DNA of 63,988 nt, the filler included, from Klebsormidium nitens (Eukaryota > Plantae > Klebsormidiophyceae), in assembly GCA_000708835.1 (NCBI GenBank). It is 7 parts of 7 records of this genome, joined end to end, with 100 filler letters (N's around TTAATTAATTAA, not from the genome) between each part and the next. Parts side by side here need not be neighbours in the genome. Positions count along the whole stretch, not along the records: positions 11,406 to 41,961 come from DF237769.1; 6 more parts are not named here. One strand, written 5' to 3'. Shown piece by piece: positions 25,726-39,200 of this stretch. A model generated the notes under the pieces. It was not told the DNA's origin and did no database searches. It was given only the letters and a program-made list of their open reading frames with translations. Position 1 is the first letter of the stretch. The number at the start of each line of letters is the position of its first letter. The position numbers and the translations under genes were made by a program.

Positions 25726-27066
25726 TCTGGCGCCCTGGCAATGTCCACCAATGCCACTCCGCGCTCCCTGGACCTCTCCCACCAGGCCACCTAGACTGCC
25801 GTTCATGCGCAAGCCTGGCGCCCTGCATGCCAGCTCACCAAGTCAGCATTGGAACGCAGTTTTCAAGATCGCACTTCACCTCGCCCTACCTAGTTGAGAT
25901 CTTGCGCGAAGAGCTCGGAACCACTGTATCAGAGCTTCGATCGACAGCCGTTCACTTCACGAGTTCGAAGGATCGCGGGTGCGCAAGGGCAATAATATCT
26001 TAGATCTGATTGTGGGGTGAGAAGAAACAGCAAGGTCCGAAACAGCGGAAGGCGTACCCTGGCGTAGCCGACAGGCGGTTATGCGACGCCCAACTCAGTT
26101 CTCTCAAGCAGATCTGCAAACGTACAGGCGCGCATGGTCAGCACAATCCCCAACCGATTTTCCCAGCCCTTGCGTGGAGTCGAATGCAATGTCATCCAGC
26201 AGGCATGCACACACTGCGCAGTGCGCACGGTGCGCAGCTTGTTTGACTTCAGCTTTGGCCACGGTGCGGTTTCGATCTCCTGCCCGGGCACGTCACTTCC
26301 GCGCCAAATCAATAGCGTATGTATAAGCACCTGCTACCCAGAAAGTGACAGCCGAGGTGGTTCATTGCATGCCGCCCGATGGATCAAAGATCTGCCATCG
26401 ACCACAAGCATGGAAACGTGTGTCCCTCTCAGAAGCCACCTGCATTTGGGTGGCCGGCGTATGGCGGTCGTGACTTCGCGCCCCGCCTGAGCTGTCCAAG
26501 CTTGAAGGAACGCGCATGACGTTGACGGCTGGCATGGATCCTCCCTGAAACCAGCGCATGTAAGAGGAAGAAGCAACCAAGGGGGAAAGGGGCGCAGCTG
26601 CTTCCAAACGGAACTGGCGGAATCTGGATAGACAGGTTCGCGAGGAACAGTGAAGGAGATTGTAGGACACCTTACATTCAGCTCGCCTTCCAGCTTTACA
26701 TTGCCAGAAGTGCTCCACAGTGCTTTTGTGAGGTAGCGGTAGCAAAAGAAGAGTTACAAGGAGGCAAAGAACGGCGCCAAGTCAATTTGTAGAGATAGGC
26801 AGCTTCTCTGCTTCTCAGGCTTGCACAAAAGAGAAGATCAAGAAGAAACAGCATGCCAGCTGTGCTCGTAGCCCCAGTTGTGGTGCAGGGGGTTGCCACT
26901 GCCGGTCTGCTGGCTGGGGGAGTCCTGCTGAAAAGTTTTCTGGATTGGGAGGAGGTGAGCATCTTGAGTCCTTGCACCTTCCTTTCCCTTATCTGTCTGT
27001 GCCGCAGGAATTAATCCTGTGCTTAATGTCTTCTGCTCTTTCTTTCGACTCTGCACGAGGCTCATC

Positions 27067-27210
27067 TGTATGCATGGGGTCGCATCAGGTTGTTGTAGAG
27101 CCTTGGTTGGTCGCTTGAGCTTGTTCTCAGCTTGCAGTGTATGCATGGGGTTGCATCAGGTTATTCGCAGAGCCTTGGTTGGTTGTTTGAGCTTGTTTCT
27201 CAGCTTGCAG
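27067..27210. repeat. Two-copy ~71-bp tandem repeat
   Basis: TGTATGCATGGGGT(C/T)GCATCAGGTT...GAGCCTTGGTTGGT...GAGCTTGTT(T)CTCAGCTTGCAG starts at 27067 and 27138. Confidence 0.85.
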
Positions 27211-27777
27211 TTCATTGTGCAACCTGCGAGGTCTTGAGAGATTAAGCTAACGGGATTGAAGCATGTTGGTACTGAAGGGGGTCAGGTTAGGTCCTGCAAA
27301 GACATGAGTCATATGTGGATCTGCTTGAATGGTAGCTTTATCAGACGATTCTCAGATAGACTACTCTATGTCTTTGCCCCAGATTTTTCGCCAGAGCCTT
27401 GTTTTATGTAAAATTTGGAGGTGCAGGAGACCTGTGTCTTTGTTTGATCTGAGGAGGGGTGTTGCTGGAGTCCATCTTTCTTCCTCAGAACAGGGTTGTG
27501 ACTCTCCTGGGGTTTCTGTTTTTCTGCTGTGGGGTTATCTTTTATGAAACTGGCTGCCTCTTGCAAATTTTTCCTTGGTGTCCCTTGCAGATGTCTTCGC
27601 ATTGGTATAGTGCGATCATTGCAAGTCAAAGTCGCAGCTGCATGCTGGTGCTAAGCCGAGCAGCACCGTAGAAAGGGGTTTGAGCAGAATTGGATAGATG
27701 ACTCGATCAGAAGATTTGAGACATGCGGCGTCAAGATTCATGATCTGACAGCTCCATCTATGTTCCATTCTTTGCAG

Positions 27778-28206
27778 CGACAAAGAGAACAGGCAGACTA
27801 CAACCGTTGTCCTACCTGCAATGGGCGAGGCCGTGTGCCGTGCTTCTGCCAGAGGTGGTCAGACGGGGATGTTGGGTGCAGTACTTGCGCAGGTTCAGGG
27901 GAGATGCAGTGCAACAGTTGCGGAGGGGGTGGCACTGGGGTGCCTATTCCTATCAAGATTCGGGCAGATGAGGGGACAGGGTCATCTTCAAACGGAGGAT
28001 ACAGGATAGACCGAATGTCAAGATTCATTCGACCATCATCGTCGAGAGGGGCTGCAGCTGGGGCTGTTAGTGGTGCCAGTGTCTTCAGTAGAGGCACTGG
28101 CATCTCATCCCTTAGAACAGACGCGCAAATGGGGACTGCAACTAGTATGAAAACCGCAGCAAGGCCAGCTTCGACAAGGACGGTTTCTGCATTCCCCAAG
28201 AAGTAG
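27778..28206 (+). CDS. DnaJ-type cysteine-rich zinc-finger protein, last exon; upstream exon(s) probably near 26100-26310
   Basis: CPTCNGRGRVPCFCQRWSDGDVGCSTCAGSGEMQCNSCGGGGTG contains CxxCxGxG repeats. The acceptor TTTGCAG ends at 27777. Confidence 0.75.
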   Translation, partial: RQREQADYNRCPTCNGRGRVPCFCQRWSDGDVGCSTCAGSGEMQCNSCGGGGTGVPIPIKIRADEGTGSSSNGGYRIDRMSRFIRPSSSRGAAAGAVSGASVFSRGTGISSLRTDAQMGTATSMKTAARPASTRTVSAFPKK

Positions 28207-29354
28207 CCATGCTTAGGCTACCCATAGAACTTGCCTGCTTCTAGAAAGTGGATTGATGCACTTATTCTAAGGTACATTCATTGGATGGGGATGTCCGCGG
28301 CTGAGGTTCACTGGTGGACGATTGGTGTGTTTTGACCAAGACAGGTACTGTACAGATTTGGTGTGCCAAGTGGCATGCATAGAAGAGCTGGTTGATAGAG
28401 GTTTGATAGTCGTCCGTACATTGAATTATCGCTATTGTTAACACAAAGCTTTTGTCATGTTCATGCTCCCTTTTTCTTACACAGCAGTTTTTGCACAGAT
28501 TATTTCGACAAGTTCGCATACGAGCCTTGATTTGTGGCCTTCCATTGGGCTTATGGGATGTCAACAATAAATGGTTTGCACATGAGCTTTGTTTATGTGG
28601 TCGTTTCCATCGGATCTTTGGAATATTATATTATCTTTGGAACAAGATGGTTTCATGTCCAATGGTTGTGTCTTCATGTTTGTGTGAGATACTTTACTGC
28701 AAAAATCAGTGACCAATGACCATGGCCGCATTACTCACCATAATTACAAGAAATAGGTCGTTAGTTCTGAGCACCATCAATTGGTGAATGTGGCAACCAT
28801 TTGTATACCTGTCATAAGCATTGTACCGGTATACATTTGGTGTTTCTATTATCATTCTACAGTTCCATCTAAAAAAATACGCAATTTACATACTTGAGGA
28901 TGATATAAAATTCAGGTTGAAATGCTCATTACAGGTATGCGTTCAAACTGGTAGTCCTGCACTTGGAACAAAATATAGTATGAAGAGAATGTGCAATTAA
29001 ATCGAGTGCGATAAATAATTGAAATAAATTAGTTGCTACTCGGATCGACTTGCACGAGCGAGAGAGTGCTGGCTCCCCCATTCCTGCCTAACTTCAGTAA
29101 GCTACTGCCTTATTAAAATATGTGGTGATATTGACTATTCATATCCAAACTCGGCAGCAGACTAAAAGCACCATGCTATCGCACATGAAAGATACTTAGA
29201 TTAACGTGCATCATGGCAAGTGGAACCAGATACTACAGTGATTGCGGCTCAACATGTGCCCCCTATGTCACAATAGCTTTAAATGGCAAATCGGCGGTAA
29301 ACAGTGAACACAATGTTCGCAAATCATCTGTTACACCAATCACGTGTATTGGTA

Positions 29355-31697
29355 TCATGTACCCGCAGCTGTCCGCAACAACTTCCGTTGCTTTTTGGAG
29401 GCTTTCATCTTCTTTATGGTTTTTGGGTTTGTAATCTGCAAACAGATCAATCAACTCATCAGGGAAGGTGCAAATTCAAGCCAGCATAAGCTGAGCAAAC
29501 AATTGCAAAACTTTGATCATCAGTTGCCAGAAATGAAAATGAGCTGCAAACAACCACATCACAGGGGACACTGCATCCATCTAAGGTCCCATGCCGGTGG
29601 GACCTTGAGAGATGGCATGAATCGAAGGCAAAGTCGAGAGCACAAACAGCCCCACGCTCTGATTACGCGGGTTGAGTCTCAGCCCCAAATTCAGGACATG
29701 CAGACTTATTCGAAGTTTTACTTGAATCTGGAGCATGCAGGCGCCTTTGATTCAATCAATCACAACCTAGCCACAGGCTACTGTCAACGTAGTGAGGAAA
29801 CACAAACCGCATACTAACAGTAAATGGCAAAACCCCCTGCAAACAAATCTGCCCATCCGGCTGATCAATGATAAAATTGCATCACCAACACAAGCAAGCA
29901 CCACAAACGCCATGCAAGATGATACAACGCAGGCTCTTCAAAACCAAAGCGGCCATGCAAATACAACACGTGAAGATTTCGAATCGGTTTCGCCTGAAAG
30001 CATGCGCAGACAACCAGCAATAAATAAATCCACAAACGGGGGCGACCTGAGATCAGGATGTCGAAACAAGCCAAGCCCAGCCAGACAACCAAAAAGAAAT
30101 TCAGACCACCAGCAACCAGCGGCCTACTTGCTATTTCAACTAGTGGACGATCGACACCGCTCACCTTTTGCACGACGAGACTCTTCAGCTCGTTCTCCTC
30201 TTTCCTCTTTTTGCGCTCCGCGACCTGCGCCCGCTTAGCCTGCAGGAAAACGTCATGACCAGCTGTATGAATCTCCAAGCTCCAGCACCTTGTCAAACTA
30301 ATGCCTAGCTGTCATGGCAGGCTTCTTGTGACAGACAATGCCATTTGCGTCAATCTCTGGTCTTCAATTGCCATTGTTCGAGATTTGAAACGTTGAAGTG
30401 TTTGATTCCATGATTGATCTTTTGATGAACATTCGGTACAAGGAACTTGGCTCGAACAAAACCTTTTACTTGAGGCTTCAAAGAGTACTGCGGAGAGATT
30501 GAGACTAGAACTGCTAAAGTACGCTCCTCTGAATGATCTCCAACACCGATAAGCCCTTCGCCAGTGCTTCACCGTTTGTTTACTGACGAAGTCTCCGATT
30601 AGTGGTAAGAGGATCAAGCCCAGTGAGGAGGTAGATATCAAAATAAACAAAAAGCAACAATTGGCTTTGAAGTGAAGTACAGCCACAATAGGATGCGGCC
30701 ATGCACCCCATACTTTACAGATTCAACAAAAAACAGACTGGAAAGTGGTTCTTTCAAAGAACGACTTATACATGACAGGTTGAGACAGACTCCAGCTGGT
30801 GCACCTGTACATCAGATCTGCACCACCCTTCCATCGCCAACAGATACTACATCAAAATGCAGTAGTGTGTCACAGCATGACTCTCCACGTACCTGCTTGT
30901 TACTTCGGATTGTCTCCTTGAGTACCTCTTTTCTTTCCTGCAGAACAAGAGGATTACAGTGAGGCCCCCCAGATGACGTCACTGCTTTGAATTCACAATG
31001 TGATGACTGCAAGGCAAAGGGGCACCAAAGACAATTACTGACAAGGTCCAGAACCCCTAATGCTTACAGCAGTGTTCTCCATATAAACAGTGACGTCCGA
31101 AACTCGATGCTTGAAGAATCTGTCGTATGCAACTTGATGCTCAAGAATTACTATCAACACAAAACGGACCGGTGCAGGAAAAGAAGAAAAGACTTGGTAT
31201 GACGTCTCCGAAATCACAGACTACTGAATATCAAGTGCAGCTGTAGGTGGGCATAAAATCAGACGCAGAGTCTGCAATCTGACTATTTCCTGAAGAGCTA
31301 ATCGGAAGATACTAACCAAACCGTTACCACCAACTGCAGGGTAATCTGAACTTGGTGACATGAACCAAGTACTCACTTTGAAGGACTTCGCTTGCGCTTT
31401 CAGCTGCATCTTCTTCTCCCAACTAGTCTTCAGCACCGCCGTGCCATTCCGTTTCAATGACGACGTCCGCTCTGACACCGCCGCCCGCCATTTCCTGCCC
31501 GATGCCCGCCCCCCTAGAGTTCCCGTATAAGATTTCTCTTCTGCTACTGCGGCGACCGCCCCCGTGTCCTCCTCCATGGGCACTGGCACCCTCTTGGCTG
31601 CCTGCTGCTCTTCTTCCCATTCCTCTGCTTTTCGTTTCCTTCGCTTCTGATGCCCCACCCCTTCGTCGAGGTGCCGAAAATCGAGCGGGGCGGCCAT
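29355..31697 (-). CDS. CCDC86/Cgr1-family nucleolar coiled-coil protein (60S biogenesis), four exons
   Basis: The exons read SGRKWR...TSWEKKMQLKAQAKSFK | ERKEVLKETIRSNKQ | AKRAQVAERKKRKEENELKSLVVQK | ITNPKTIKKMKASKKQRKLLRTAAGT*. The last exon is 29355-29435. Confidence 0.8.
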
Positions 31698-32262
31698 GTG
31701 AGCTGCAAATCTAGAGCAGCCAAAGGTGGCAAACTCTCCTCGTGACTTTTGCAGCGCTTCACAGAGTGCTCTTCTTGTGGAGGTTTTCAACTCGCCACCG
31801 CCACAGCTCCGAGTCCAACTTCCGTTCAAGCAAGAAAAGGTTGGTTTGCTTTGCATGCGACTCTGAACTTCGAAGGGACACTGTCAGTGTTGGACTTTGG
31901 GTTATCAGTCTTTACTCTTTGAGGCCCCGATACGCAGGCGTCTTCAACAGGGTTTAAACAAACTTGATATCAACCCAAACACTGGTAGACACTTGAGCGC
32001 CTCGCCTCGTCATAGGTACCCACCATCTGGAGATCTGTGAAGTGTGTCCTGCTGCAGAAATTATGGAGGCCTCGCCAGGCCGCTAAAAATCGAGACTCGA
32101 GAGCAATCCTGCTAACAAGGATTGAAGGAGTTGGCTCAAGACATGGTGGTGGGAAGGAGCAGGCATTGAGAGCTGACCTGCTCATGTGATCTGCGCAACC
32201 GTCGTGGTGCATTGATCACCTGCCAAACCTGTCTGTGTAAGGGTGGCCTCCGTTTATCCAGA
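31698..32262. promoter_or_regulatory. Compact divergent (probably bidirectional) promoter/5'UTR region between CCDC86-like and TMCO1
   Basis: The two start codons are head-to-head, 565 bp apart. No specific element was identified. Confidence 0.5.
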
Positions 32263-34607
32263 ATGGCTTACACGGAGGGCTGGCTAATTCTCTTGATTGC
32301 TCTTGGTTCTGCACTTTTCAGCGAGGCGGTCAACTGGCTGTTTGTGTACCGGACTGCAACGTACAAGAACTTGCGATCCAACATCGACAAGGCAACCAAG
32401 AAATGTGAGTCTGTTCTCAGGTCCCTTGTTTCTTTCGAACAGCTTCTGCTTGATTATACGGTGGTTGCTGTAATGAACAGCTCAGGTGAGTTCAGGGGAG
32501 GAGAGGTCTCTCGAACACATGGGTGAAGATCCTGATTGGAGCTTCTGCTGGTCTAGTTGAGGGATCAGGACCTAGCAAAGTCGGCAATCAGACGTGCCCA
32601 CTCTTCTCCTCTGGGATGCAAGTTGTTCAGCTCGGCAAATCTGCATTCCACTTCTGCTTTCTCTGTGACGGTCCCAAAAAAACCATTCCTACTTTTTGCC
32701 ACCATTTCTTGAGAATAGGTGAAGTGCCGAGGGTTATTCCCCACAGTAGTCACTACCACTGGTTTCAAAAGGGACTATCCGACTGGCCTTCGACATCCCC
32801 AAACTCTGAAAATATTGCCGTAACGAGCGACTGGCTCTGGAACAAGAGTATGGCATGACTCCTAAAAGAAGGTGAAGGGGGTCTAGAACGAAGCTGGTCA
32901 TTGGTTGGTCACGCCTGCTTCTACCACCGCTGCCACTGCTTAACATCAGGTTTAGGCTTTGGAACACATTGAAGGTCGAAAGCCGCAAGCTTGCTCTGTC
33001 AAAGCAGGTTAGTTATGGAAGTTCAAGACACATAGCTTGTTTGCCTTTGCCGTGGAAAGGCGGTGGCGAACGCCTACTCCACACTTTGGTCATGCATTCC
33101 CCAGCGCTGTTCTTCTGGTTTTATGGTCGTCCATACCAGGCACGTTAAAAACGTGGTCAAGAGCCACAACTTCTTTCTCTTTGCTGGTGTGGATAAATTC
33201 AGGAAGCAGTATACTTCCTACTTTATACCTATGCTTTAAGGAGCCCCAATTCATCAGAGTTATGATTTTCAAAGCTTCAGGTTAACACAAAGACGGTTAA
33301 GACGGCCAACTTGCCATGCCCCCTTCTGGTCACTGCAGTGGAGGTGATGAAGGGGCAGCCGGCGGCGGTGGTGAAGGCAAAGGGCAAGAGCAAGAAGATG
33401 GACCGGGTGGACAGCTACCTGAAAAACACGAACCAGGCGCTCTCCGCCACGCGGTTCCGCACCAGCATCATTGTCTATGGCATCATGTTCATCGTCTTCA
33501 GCATCATGAACACCCTGTGAGCGGCACACATCTCGTCAGTCTCTGTGATTTGTTTTCGCTGGGGAAGAATTTCAATTCACTGATTAGAGGTGGCATTCTG
33601 TTACGATTATTCTGCTGACACGTGCATAAACATCCGTGAGCATCTTCCAATTGTAGAGTAGCATTCAAAGAAGAGAGTAGAGAAAGCTTTTGTTTTCTGC
33701 GTAGTTCGCAGAGTCGGTTCATGAGCACCCCACGGAAGCCGCACACCTTGCCATCTCAGCTGATCGGGCAGAGTCAGAGGGATTGTACTTTCCAGCATGA
33801 AGTTTGTCTAAATGCGCGCCACAACTATCTTTGCAACTTGGTCGTCCTTACAGAAATCTGTATCCTCAAAAGCGATCAATGTCACCCCCAGGTTCGACGG
33901 CAAGATGGTTGCCAAGCTCCCGTTCACGCCATTTGTCATCTTCCGGGCGCTCTCGCATCGCAACCTCCCGGGGGAGGACTTTACCGACTGCTCGATGGTG
34001 AGGCCGACAAACAGCTTAGTAGCACTCCTTGCTTGCAGACGTTCCTGAGCAAAGTTGGTCGAACATCATGTGGAAAAGCTGATCCCGCTGCCAACGTAGG
34101 TCGGTATTAGGCCCTCGGCAATCCGAAACGCCAACTCTGGAGGTCCTTGTACTGGCGAGCTTGATTGGATTCTGACCGCTGCTCTCCATCCTCGCTTGTG
34201 ATGTCTCACTTTGGTTAAGTCGGCATTTAAGCTAGGGAATTGCTGTCTGTTTGCAGCTGGCAGGGACCTATTCCAAGCGATTGTATTCTGTGCGCTCGTC
34301 TTCTAATGCATCTCACCCGTGCGAGAAATGACAAACAGAGGCGTGCATCCTTCGGTTACCAGGTGGGCTGTGCTGATCATTGCAGCGATTAGATTGCGTT
34401 GCTACTCTATAACGGGCTTGAACTCGCTGTTAATCGACAGTGACAGGAGCTGAGCGGCACTTTCATTGCCTGCAGGTCTTTCTTTACGCCATCGCCGGAG
34501 CGGCGCTGAGACCCAACGTTCAGAAGTTGCTCGGTTTCTCACCACCTCGACCAACGGGCCAAACTGTCTTTGGCATGCCCTTACCAGACACTGCGAAAGA
34601 CAAGTGA
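32263..34607 (+). CDS. TMCO1: TMCO1 (DUF106 / Oxa1-superfamily ER membrane protein), four exons
   Basis: The exons read ALFSEAVNWLFVYRTATYKNLRSNIDKATKK | LEVMK...KMDRVDSYLK | FDGKMVAKLPFTPF...LSHRNLPGEDFTDCSM | VFLYAIAGAALRPNVQKLLGFSPPR. Confidence 0.92.
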
Positions 34608-36294
34608 AGATGACAAAGCCCTAAATTGGTTGGGGACGGTTCTTACAAACTGCCATCTGTTGCAGTTTCACCCTTGATGTACGCCCCTTCCACTCCGACC
34701 GCATTGAATACTTTGTCGGTTTAAGCAGACCATCTTCTCATATATTTGGATCTATACTTGGTAATCGGCTACTCGTTGAAACTTTCGCTGATCGATACAT
34801 TCTCCCTTCCGATTTTCGTATTCGTGCTGAGAATATGCCGCAATTCAGCCAGCCTGCGAATGATTAATCAGCCTAACTATACATGGTGGTGCAATGCCAA
34901 AGGTTGCAATGTTGCTGCAATGATGGCAAATGCGGGATCCAGGTTACAAAGTCTCTCGGTGCCATGCATGCTATGTAAGGTATATATAACTCGGCCGATC
35001 CTCACCATATCAGGCTAAGTCTGTGCATCATTGCACTCTCACGACTTTTGCCTGTGCCGTCCGCGTACGTACTGATGTACAGCATGCCCGGATCGAGTGG
35101 TGGGCCGCCGCGCAATATCACCGAGTATCATGGCATGTTGGATTCGCGATCAATGTTGCCGGACTCAATTACGAGACGTACCGTGCTTCAACCCAGTCCG
35201 TGTTGCAGATGGCTAGATCGCAAACCTAATTGTGATGCTTAGCTGGCGAATTAATCAGAAGTGATTCAATACCCGAAACATGTCCGACTGGCATCATTGC
35301 ACTCATGTTGGAATCAAATATCGACTCGAAAGGTACCATGTATATCAAATTGTATGGTCAGGCGCTGTGCGGTGCGCAGCTCGAAACGCTCAGAACCCTG
35401 GCACCGCCGAACCATGCATTATAGGTTGATAGTATGCACACAATTTCCTCTGTGCTGCGCAGACTCGATCAGGAAAACGTCTTAAGCTGAAGTTGAGTAG
35501 TGCGCGGAGGAAAGGATGGTTGAAACCATCGAAAGACTTACACAACTTATAGAAGTCTCTTTATTCCAAGTCACTAAGAGACTCGGTTCGTGAAATTTGA
35601 AAAGTAGCTGTATCAAATTGTGGTAAAACATTCTCTAATTCTTATACACTGGCTGAACTGTTGTTGCAAATACTGGCCTTAGCCAAGCCAATAGAAATTA
35701 CAACAGGAATGCTGACTTACCACTGTATAGCGTACTTCCTCAAAGAATGGCAGATACACTACGGACGCTCGAACGCTATCTAACATCCCAACAAAATGTT
35801 CGGATCAAACACTCAAAAACGATAGTTTTATCACTACACCGACTATCTATATATTGTCCAAGATGTGTGATTCAAATGCCGTCGAGTACCACAGCGTTGG
35901 CGCACAACCAGCTCGGATCGAGTCCCGTGTGCTCCCAAGCTAGCGCTCTCCCGCAAGGTGCTCGCAATGAATTGCATCCCTCTGCAGACGCTGTTCTGCA
36001 ACAGCAGATGCACGACTACTGTGGCGCCAGCACAATACCAGTAGGTACGTTAGCAGAGTCCTCTCGATGAACATGATTCTCCTTACAAACTAAGGCCACG
36101 AGTGTGCGCTATTGCACCCTGCCTCTCGCCCCCGCCTCAACCCCGGCAGGATGCACCTCATCCTACAACTACCAGCCTCCGTGCCAGCTGTCCCGAATAG
36201 CGAACTTGAAGCAACTTGAAGCCCGCCCTACCCCTACAACCTTGCTGCCCCTAAGGCTCATCCAGTCGGGAGACTCATTCCGCCGTATGCTGCC

Positions 36295-39200
36295 CTAGCT
36301 GGCAGACCGATCTCTGGTGTACGATTGGAAGCGCGCATCCGACCCGCGTTGGCCTGCCCGTCCCGACCCCTCATAGCTCCCATAAGAAGCGTCCCCGTAG
36401 GCGCCCGCCGTCCCGCCGCTCGAGGAGCCAAAGCCCTGCTCGTAGCCACCGTATCCGCCATACCCTGACGCGCCGTAACTGGCAGTGCTGCCGCCCGCTG
36501 AGCCATACCCAGCACTGCCGTACCCCGCGTCACCACCTGCACACGGGCAGCAGAACCATGCGACACGGTCAATCGTGAACTTTGAGCAGGAGACACAAGA
36601 AACTGGTGGAAACTCCAGACACGTTTCGGTTGGCCTCCGATCCCTATGCTGCGCCAGGAAAAAGATCAACCAGGACGCCTTGCGACTTACGAACGGTTTT
36701 GGAATCTTGATAAGACCGGCACAATCGAGCACCCCTCTCTGCTTCAATGAGTGACTGGCAGGGGGGTGTCTCTCTGCGATGGCCCACAGTCACCTTGATT
36801 GCAACTGAACAAAGATGGCGATCCCGCAACCTTGATCGTCAGTGTAATCTGCAGCGAAGTTGGAATCTCAAATGGATCCAAGCAACAAAAGACAAAAGGA
36901 AGAGAGAAGGTAGAATGAGTGACACAGGCTTGGCCTGTACCTCTCCCGCCCCGCCGGCCATACGCACCCGCAGACGATCCGTACGCATCGGCCCCACCAT
37001 AGCCGCTGGCCCCATAGGAGCCATACGCCGAGCTGCCGCCGGAGGCGCCAGTGCCCGCGCCCCAGCCGGAACCCCCGTAGGCACCGCTACCGTACGCACT
37101 GCTTGCGCCATACCTGCAGCATGGAAAGTTGGGACAATTTGAACAAGCTGATTGGAGGCCGACTCGAAACTCGAAACTCGAAAAGGTGCACTTCTAAGAT
37201 GACAATGTCGGGACTCTGGGGACAAGGGCTTTTGGACGCCCGCTTTCAACCAGGCCTTGCGCAAAGGACTTCCGCTTCGAAGTTCGCTGAGGTAGCCGGG
37301 TGGTGCGTACATCGCCTTTGACAATCAAGACAGCTCTGCGCTTTCGAAAGAAGAGAACATTCTAGCAACCTTCTGCCGACAAAACATAGCTTAAGTGAAA
37401 CGCAATCAGCAAAAAATCAGACGCCATACAGCACCCCACCCTTACAAGATTCCATTACAAAGAACCACGAGCTTTATACTTTAGGCTTTATGTTTTCCTC
37501 ACCTGCTTGACGACCCGGCACCATAGCTTCCACCATAGCCTCCCGCGCCGTATGCACTGCCATAGCCACTGCCGCCGCTCCCATAACCGGACCCATACCC
37601 CGCACCGCCACCATAGCCACTCCCTCCAGCGCCGTTCAAACCATAGCCACCATAACCTCCGCTGTAAGCCCCATAACCCCTGCCGCCATATACACCGCCC
37701 CTGTCCCCACGGCCTCCGTATTCACTCCCGTAACCGCCCCCGTAACCCCCATAAGGACTGACCCCTCGCCCCCCTCCGTACGCACCCCCCCGGCTTGGGC
37801 TTGGACCAGACAGTTCCTTTGGAATGGCGCGCTTCACCTCGACCTAAAACGTGAACAATGTCAAAGGTTGGTATTCACAGGTAACACTGTCTTTGCTATC
37901 TGCAAAGTGCTGCTAAATCGAATTGATAGCTTCCATCCAGAAAACGTCAGCCCCCACCTTCTCTCTAAGGGCAAGAGCGCCGAGAGTAAGATCTGTCAAC
38001 AATGGTGCAACCTTTCTTCCTGCTTCAGCCAAGCAACTGCTGAGTAGAGCTCATGGCCACACTCGGAAAAGTGCTTTCGATACTTCATACTCTAGCAAAA
38101 GGTGTGGATCAGCGCAAGATGCATCTGCAAGCCTACGAAGGTGATCTGGCAACACTTCCTAGCCAGCAGAATGCTGCCCCCTTATGTTGGGCCCCTTCAA
38201 GGCAATCAGGTGAGGTTCACTCCCAATGATCTTCTCCTCTATTTCGTTTCTGATTAAAAACATGGAAAAATAAGAAGGTACGCAACTGGCACTCACCGTC
38301 TTTCCATTCAGCTCATGGAATGATTTCTCCATCACTGTATCCACCGACGACTCCTGGTCAAAGCTGATGAAGCCAAACCCGCGCGGCCGCTGCGTTTGGT
38401 GGTCGTACATGACCACAACGTCGGTGATGGTGCCAAAGTTCTCAAAGTAGGAGCGGAAGTCCTCTGCAATCACACAGCAATTGGAATCAGTCACTTGATC
38501 TTGGATGGAAGGGCTGAGCCTCTGAACCTCCTCAGAACTACTTATCACCCTCTTTCAAGCCAAATATGACTGGGCAAAAAACCAAAGCCAGAGACTGTCA
38601 ACATCTACAAACGGCAGATCACTCTCGCAGTAGTTGTCAGAGGCGTTCAAGTAGAGTTGATCTGTGCAGTGGATGCCTTACTCCAGTCAGCAGTGAGCTT
38701 AATTGCAATCCTTAAACCTTCTGCAGATGATGGAATTTCACCACTTCGTTTGCCACTTCAAGAATTTTGACCTGCTGCCATGGGGCCTGACTCATCAATA
38801 CTATAAAGCACATTCTTGTAAACTTTGGCAGCATCGACAACTGCCGCCAAGTGCACTTTCTACAGTTCTGGGGTCGTCATCCAACACTGGTGCCTTATGC
38901 TCAGAGTGACTGGTTCAACTGTTGCAAGTGCGAGTGTTTGGCCGCTCTGAGCTAAGCCAAATGGGACAGCAACTTGGAATTTACCTTCCGTGACCGTGGA
39001 AGCCAACCCGCCTACAAAGATCTTCTTTGTCCTGAACTGTTGGCCAACCCCGGACGTACGAGGATGGCCAGGCTGCTCATCTCTGGGAACAGCCTTCTTA
39101 GCCTCCACCTGCAGAAAAGGCACTCTGGATCAGGAGACCTTCACAATATCAGAGCTCTCAGCTGCATATGATGCCCTGGATGCAGAAGCGCTATGCGAGC

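Noticed and set aside
36300-37800. GGY/GGA-rich repetitive sequence
   Set aside because: It is the ordinary glycine-rich low-complexity tail of an hnRNP-like protein.
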